From Alphaproteobacteria bacterium (GTDB taxonomy: Bacteria > Pseudomonadota > Alphaproteobacteria > Bin95), in contig CBDBGH010000003.1 of NCBI GenBank assembly GCA_965205265.1, positions 1,408,001 through 1,472,000 on the forward strand: 64,000 nt of DNA, read 5' to 3'. Position numbers and translations under genes: made by a program. How positions within the stretch are numbered: position 1 is the first letter of the stretch; each line of letters begins with the position of its first letter. Shown one piece after another: positions 59,262-64,000 of the stretch. Under the pieces are notes generated by a model, which did not search any database, had not been told where the DNA came from, and was given only the letters and a program-made list of their open reading frames with translations.

Positions 59262-60961
59262 ATCCCGGCTCCCCGGTCGAGCATTGGTGCAGGCTTGCGA
59301 AAGGGCGGGCGCCGGCCGTTGGCGCGCCAGGGCGCGGCCACCAGCCGTTCCCTGCCGGTGACGGGATGGTGCGCCTCGATCCAGCCGGGACAGTCCGCGA
59401 AAACCGGCGAGGCGTCGCTGTCGTCGAGTTCAACCACCGGGACCGTCATCGGCCGCGGCGGCCCCAGGGCCGGCGTTTCGGCGAGCGCGGCGGCGGCCTC
59501 GATCTGCGACAGGTCGAGCGCCCGCCCCCCGCCGTCCCGATCTCTGGCGACCAGGGCAGCCAGAGCCGCGAACGCGCCGAAGCAGGCGGCATTCGGATCG
59601 CTGATCGAGAAGGTCGGCGAGCCGATGAAGGCGCCCTCATTGTCCCGGATCGGGATTTCCGCGCCTGCAAGCGCGCTCAGCACGAGGCCGTAGGACCGGA
59701 GCCGTTCCACCGACGAGCCCCGGCCCGGCCCGCTCATCGACAGGCTGACCAGACCCGGATTGGCCCGTTTCAGCACATCGCGCCCGAGGCCCATCCGCTC
59801 CATCGTCCCGACGGTGAAATTCTCGATCAGCAGATCGGCCCGCGCGACCAGCTCCAGCAGCCGCGCCCGGCCTTCCGCCGACTTCAGGTTGAGCGACAAG
59901 CCGGTCTTGTTCCGGTTCAGGCTGTGGAAATAAAGCGAGCTTTCCAGCCGGATATGCTCGTCCATCCCGCCCCGCAAATGCTCCAGTCCGCGCGTGCGGT
60001 AGAGATCGAAGCGGTCCGGCGACTCGACCTTGACGACTTCCGCGCCGAGATCGGCCAGGAGCTGGCCGACCATCGGCCCCGACCAGATCCAGCAAAGCTC
60101 CACGCAGACGAGGCCCTCGAGCGGCCCGGCCCCGCCGCCCCGCTTCCGGCGGACTTCGGCTTCCCTGTCCCCCAAGGGCTCCGCCAGGAAGGGCATGGCG
60201 GGCTCCTCGAAACCGGGCCGGAACACGCCGCGGGCCAGCGCCTCCGCGTAGCTGTAAACGGGGGCGATGACCGCGCCTTCCTCCAGCCCGCGCGCCAGAA
60301 GCTCGTCACGCTCCCGGTCCGCGAGGGTTTCTTCGAGCAGCGCATCCGCTTCCGCGCTTTGCCTGGCGAGAACGAAGGGATTGTCGAAGCCGGGCCGGCG
60401 CGTCCAGTCGGGGTCGCCCACGGCCTTCGCAATGCGCCGCCAGTCGCGCCGGGAGCGCCCGAGCAGCGCGACATGGCCGTCGCGGCAGGCGAAGAAGCCC
60501 ATGGGGAAGATCAGGCCATGCTCGACGCAGATGCGCCCGTTGCGCTTCCAGAGGCGGCGGCGCTCCTCCGGCGTGCCCGAATTCTGGAGCGCGAAGGAGC
60601 GCATGATATCCGCCGCCGAGACATCGTATTCGGGCGCGTCGCCCTCCGACCCCCGCCAGGCTTCGGCAAGCGCGAGCACCGCGCCGACCAGCCCGCACCA
60701 TTTCTCCGGCATGTCGGCCGGCAGGGGCACGCCCGGACCGTCCGCATGGCCGATGGCCGCGGCCGGCCCGGCGACGGCAGAGGCGTCCGCGCCGCTGCCT
60801 TCCATGCCGGTCTGGAAATCCCAGAGTCGGATTGCCGGGCCGCCGGACGCAGCCTCCGCGCCCGCCATGGCAAGCCAGTTCCCGGCATAGGCGGGCGCGC
60901 GGCCGGTCCCTCCGAAGGAGGCCGGGACCGGGCCGACCGGCAGCCGGCGCGCCTCCTTCAC
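59258..60961 (-). CDS. Class III CoA-transferase (CaiB/BaiF) with a degenerate N-terminal repeat
   Basis: PLEGLVCVEL, LADLGAEVVKVE, LNRNK, ADLLIENF; N-half FACRDGHV. Confidence 0.82.
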   Translation of the reverse strand: MKEARRLPVGPVPASFGGTGRAPAYAGNWLAMAGAEAASGGPAIRLWDFQTGMEGSGADASAVAGPAAAIGHADGPGVPLPADMPEKWCGLVGAVLALAEAWRGSEGDAPEYDVSAADIMRSFALQNSGTPEERRRLWKRNGRICVEHGLIFPMGFFACRDGHVALLGRSRRDWRRIAKAVGDPDWTRRPGFDNPFVLARQSAEADALLEETLADRERDELLARGLEEGAVIAPVYSYAEALARGVFRPGFEEPAMPFLAEPLGDREAEVRRKRGGGAGPLEGLVCVELCWIWSGPMVGQLLADLGAEVVKVESPDRFDLYRTRGLEHLRGGMDEHIRLESSLYFHSLNRNKTGLSLNLKSAEGRARLLELVARADLLIENFTVGTMERMGLGRDVLKRANPGLVSLSMSGPGRGSSVERLRSYGLVLSALAGAEIPIRDNEGAFIGSPTFSISDPNAACFGAFAALAALVARDRDGGGRALDLSQIEAAAALAETPALGPPRPMTVPVVELDDSDASPVFADCPGWIEAHHPVTGRERLVAAPWRANGRRPPFRKPAPMLDRGAGI

Positions 60962-62106
60962 GACAGCGGCAGGGGCACCGGCCCCTTCTTCCGCGAGGGC
61001 AGCGCGACGGTGGCGGTCCCGAACGCGGAAACCGTGTCCACCTGGTTTCGCGCCTCGACATCGAGGTCCGCCAGCATGGCGCCGCCGGCCTCGCGCTTGC
61101 CCGTCACCCTGCCCCGCCACCGGATCGTGTCGCCGACGAGGTTCGGCCGGCGCACGGATACATTCAGCCGGTGCAGGAAGCCGTGGTCGCCGATCCAGTT
61201 CGTCAGCATGTGCTGCGCCCAGGCGATCCGTTGCGGGCCGACATCGTAGGCCCCGCCCATGCCGACATCGCGGCCGGTGGCGGCTTCGAGATGGCCGCGG
61301 CCGGCCGCGTCCTTGGCGCCCGTTTCCGGGTTGATGTGGTAGTCGTCGTGGCGCCGGCGGTAGCGCACCGCGTCCCCATGCGCCCCGCCATAGGGCATGG
61401 CCCCTTGCGTTGCGGAATACCAGGCGACGATATCGGTGATGGTGAGCGGCCCCTTGACGACCGGCGGCACCGCGTCGCCGACCGATACATCCTCCCAGTA
61501 GAGCGGCTCCGGCCCCCGCCGGGTTTCGGCAAGCACCTCGCGTTCGATCGCGTCCAGTTCCTCCGGCGTGTAGCGGTGCGCGGCGGCGCTTGCTGCCTCT
61601 CCGCCCCGCTCCGCCTTCAGCTGCTCGCCGCGCGGCGTGCGGGCCACCTGGCCGACGGCCTTTGCGACAAGCCGGCCATCGCTCCTGTCCCGGTAGTCCA
61701 CCTCGCCGGTCTGCAGCACCCATCGGGCGAAGCGGCGGCCGGACTTCATCTCCTGGCGCACCAGCCGCGCCTCGACCTCGAAACGGGTATCGAGGCGGAT
61801 GCGGTCGAACCAGGTGAACTCGGTCCCCGCATAGATCCACTGCACGCCGGAGAGCTTGGGCGCAACGATGGTCATGTCCACGGCGTAGAGGATGCAGGGC
61901 GGCGCGACAATGCCGCCCGCGGGCGATGCCCGGGCATAGTCTTCGTCGAGCCAGAGAGGGTTGTCGTCGCCCACGCCCCAGGCGAAATGGCGGATGGCGT
62001 CCCGCGTCGCGGTTTCGATCCATTGCAGCCGGGAGCGGCGCAAGGGCCTGCCGATCAGCGCGGCCGCCTCCGCCAGACGCTCCTCGGTAATCTCCCCCCA
62101 GGCCAC
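60958..62106 (-). CDS. Double MaoC/hotdog-fold dehydratase
   Basis: DAIRHFAWGVGDDNPLW, IVAPP, YWEDVSVGDAVP, YDVGPQR, LTNWIGD. Confidence 0.82.
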   Translation of the reverse strand: MAWGEITEERLAEAAALIGRPLRRSRLQWIETATRDAIRHFAWGVGDDNPLWLDEDYARASPAGGIVAPPCILYAVDMTIVAPKLSGVQWIYAGTEFTWFDRIRLDTRFEVEARLVRQEMKSGRRFARWVLQTGEVDYRDRSDGRLVAKAVGQVARTPRGEQLKAERGGEAASAAAHRYTPEELDAIEREVLAETRRGPEPLYWEDVSVGDAVPPVVKGPLTITDIVAWYSATQGAMPYGGAHGDAVRYRRRHDDYHINPETGAKDAAGRGHLEAATGRDVGMGGAYDVGPQRIAWAQHMLTNWIGDHGFLHRLNVSVRRPNLVGDTIRWRGRVTGKREAGGAMLADLDVEARNQVDTVSAFGTATVALPSRKKGPVPLPLS

Positions 62107-62113
62107 CGGGGCG

Positions 62114-63199
62114 CTACCCGGCGGCGCGGAGCGGCTCGGCCCCCGTTTCCATCCGCTGCAGTTCCGGCAGCACCTCGGCGGCGAAGAGCCGCAGCATGTC
62201 GAGCGTGCGCTCGACGCCGTAATAGGGCGGATAGTGGATCATCAGCGAGGTCGTGCCGACATCGCGGAAGGCCTCGATCTTGCGCAGCACGGTGTCCGGC
62301 GAGCCGTGCAGGATGGTGTCCTTCACCAGATGTTCGTAGGCGAACTGGCTCTCGTCCGCCTTCTCGGTCACGTCACCCAGATAGCGCCCGACCGCGCCGC
62401 TGAGGAACGTCTTCATGTGGTGGGTGATGCCGGCCTCGCTCTCCTCGCGGGCCCTGGCGTCGGTCGGCGCCTCATAGGTCATGCGCACCACGTCCACCTC
62501 GCCGAAGGCCGGGTTGGCGTTGAGCGGGGCCGGCGCCTCGGCCATGTGTTCGCGATAGACGGCGATGTGCTCGCCGATGGTGGCGGCCGACGGCAGCGAG
62601 GACTGCATCAGGCCGAAGCCGTTCCGCGCCGCCATGCGGATCGAGCCCTCCGTGCCGGCGCCCATGTAAAACGGCGGGTGCGGCTTCTGGACGGGCTGCG
62701 GAAAGACCTCGTAGATGTCGTCCATCTCGATCCTGAAATACTTGCCGTCGGCGTTCACGCGCTTCTTGTGGAAGCCGTCGAGGATGAGCGGGATCGCCTC
62801 CGCCTGGATTTCGCGGCGCTCCTCGTAGCTGATGCCGAGGCCCTCGAACTCATAGGGCCGGTAGCCCGAGCCGAGGCCGAGCTGGAAGCGCCCGTTGCTC
62901 AGGATATCGACGAAGGCCGCATTCTCGACGATGCGCATGGGGTGGTGCAGCGGCACCACCATGACGGCGGCGCCCAGCTGGATTTTCGTCGTCTTCGCAG
63001 CCAGATAGGAGAGATAGCTGAACGGGTCCGGCAGGATGCCGTATTTGTTCGAGAAGTGGTGTTCGGCGATCCACACGCTGTCGAAGCCGAGCTCCTCGGC
63101 CTCCAGGATTTCGCGGGTGGTGCGTTCGTGAATGGCCTGGTGCGGATAGGGCTCGGACTTCGGGTCCGGATGCGAGGTGAAGAGAATGCCGACCTTCAT
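62114..63199 (-). CDS. LLM-class flavin-dependent oxidoreductase
   Basis: AEELGFDSVWIAEHH, HPMRIVE, DILSNGR, PVQKPHPP. Confidence 0.92.
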   Translation of the reverse strand: MKVGILFTSHPDPKSEPYPHQAIHERTTREILEAEELGFDSVWIAEHHFSNKYGILPDPFSYLSYLAAKTTKIQLGAAVMVVPLHHPMRIVENAAFVDILSNGRFQLGLGSGYRPYEFEGLGISYEERREIQAEAIPLILDGFHKKRVNADGKYFRIEMDDIYEVFPQPVQKPHPPFYMGAGTEGSIRMAARNGFGLMQSSLPSAATIGEHIAVYREHMAEAPAPLNANPAFGEVDVVRMTYEAPTDARAREESEAGITHHMKTFLSGAVGRYLGDVTEKADESQFAYEHLVKDTILHGSPDTVLRKIEAFRDVGTTSLMIHYPPYYGVERTLDMLRLFAAEVLPELQRMETGAEPLRAAG

Positions 63200-63301
63200 G
63201 GGACGCAGCGCCTTTCGTGATCCGACTTGTTCGCGAGGCTCCAGCCTAGCAGGATGGCGCGGCTGCTGCACGGGGCCGGCGCACGCCCGGCCCGGCCTGC
63301 C

Positions 63302-63391
63302 GGATGGGTGGCAGAGCGGTTGAATGCACCGGTCTTGAAAACCGGCGTGGGCGCAAGTCCACCGAGGGTTCGAATCCCTCCCCATCCGCCA
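63302..63391 (+). tRNA. tRNA-Ser(TGA)
   Basis: GGATGGG/CCCATCC acceptor stem, CCGGT-CTTGAAA-ACCGG anticodon arm, long variable arm, GTTCGAATC, CCA. Confidence 0.97.
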
Positions 63392-63409
63392 CCGGGTTGT
63401 GCGCTTCGG

Positions 63410-63883
63410 TCACGTTTCGGGCGGGTCTATCCGGTTCCTGAAATTCCGCAGGCATTCCGGCAGGCGCTCTGCAAGGACGCGCGCGGACGCAACGGCGATT
63501 CCAGCCCCGTCGAGTCTGAAATCGTCGTAGCTCCGCGTTGCGACATTGCGAAAACGGCGGGTCTCGTCGGCGTGTTCGCAGATGTCCGGCGGCAGGATGG
63601 CTTCCCTCTCCCCGACTGGCCTGCATACCCGGCGCAGAAGGTCCCGGTGCCACGACTCGCCTTGCGGACGCTCTTCGCCGAGAAGGACCAGAATCCTTAC
63701 GAGACCGGATTCCAGAGAGGTGTGGCCGGACTGCATGGCGTGCATCAATGCCATGGACGCCTTGTAGCCCTCGATTCCGCCATCGTCGAAGCCGCCGGCA
63801 TCGAACAACCGGGCAGCGCCTGCAAAATGCGCGCAGGCCGTCTCGAAATCGCCTTCTATTTCAATCCAGCGCGCATCGCTCAT
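63410..63883 (-). CDS. HEPN-domain (HepT-like) protein
   Basis: GHTSLE, GESWHRDLL, DETRRFRNVATRSY; ATGA overlap with upstream gene. Confidence 0.72.
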   Translation of the reverse strand: MSDARWIEIEGDFETACAHFAGAARLFDAGGFDDGGIEGYKASMALMHAMQSGHTSLESGLVRILVLLGEERPQGESWHRDLLRRVCRPVGEREAILPPDICEHADETRRFRNVATRSYDDFRLDGAGIAVASARVLAERLPECLRNFRNRIDPPET

Positions 63884-63999
63884 GCGAGGACCTTCGCGCC
63901 GGGCAATACGCGCTGCAGGAACGTCTCGCTGCACCAGGCCTGATCGACGATGTCGCAGGCAAGGCCCAGTTCGTCGCAAGCATCCTCGGCCGCCCGGAT
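63880..63999 (-). CDS. 3' end of probable minimal nucleotidyltransferase (MNT) antitoxin (truncated by window edge)
   Basis: IRAAEDACDELGLACDIVDQAWCSETFLQRVLPGAKVLA*; coupled to HEPN gene; catalytic N-terminus not visible. Confidence 0.55.
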   Translation of the reverse strand: MRAAEDACDELGLACDIVDQAWCSETFLQRVLPGAKVLA

Positions 64000-64000
64000 C

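Overview
High-GC alphaproteobacterial chromosome segment (Rhodospirillales-like gene order; taxonomy is inference) spanning the replication terminus. A near-canonical dif site lies at 37108-37135 and GGGCAGGG (KOPS) octamers switch strand across it. Core genes are aat-accC-accB-aroQ, rnhA-thrB-ispH, polA, the mltB-rlpA-dacA-tmk-holB-metG-tatD-phnP/mazG block, tRNA-Arg(CCG) and tRNA-Ser(TGA), interleaved with many catabolic enzymes. Best candidate for an undescribed system: a seven-gene cluster (47609-57153) with two divergent ATP-grasp ligases, an orphan solute-binding protein and four membrane proteins sharing a related periplasmic domain (one fused to HAMP+MFS, one to HAMP+PP2C/SpoIIE phosphatase, two stand-alone). 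Other oddities: an MntR-oligopeptidase B fusion, a PhnP-MazG frame whose linker is encoded by the dif site, two MITEs with exact 9-bp target duplications carrying REP-like palindromes, an amber-interrupted TauD-like gene, and toxin-antitoxin relics. All calls come from reading motifs by eye; no searches were run.
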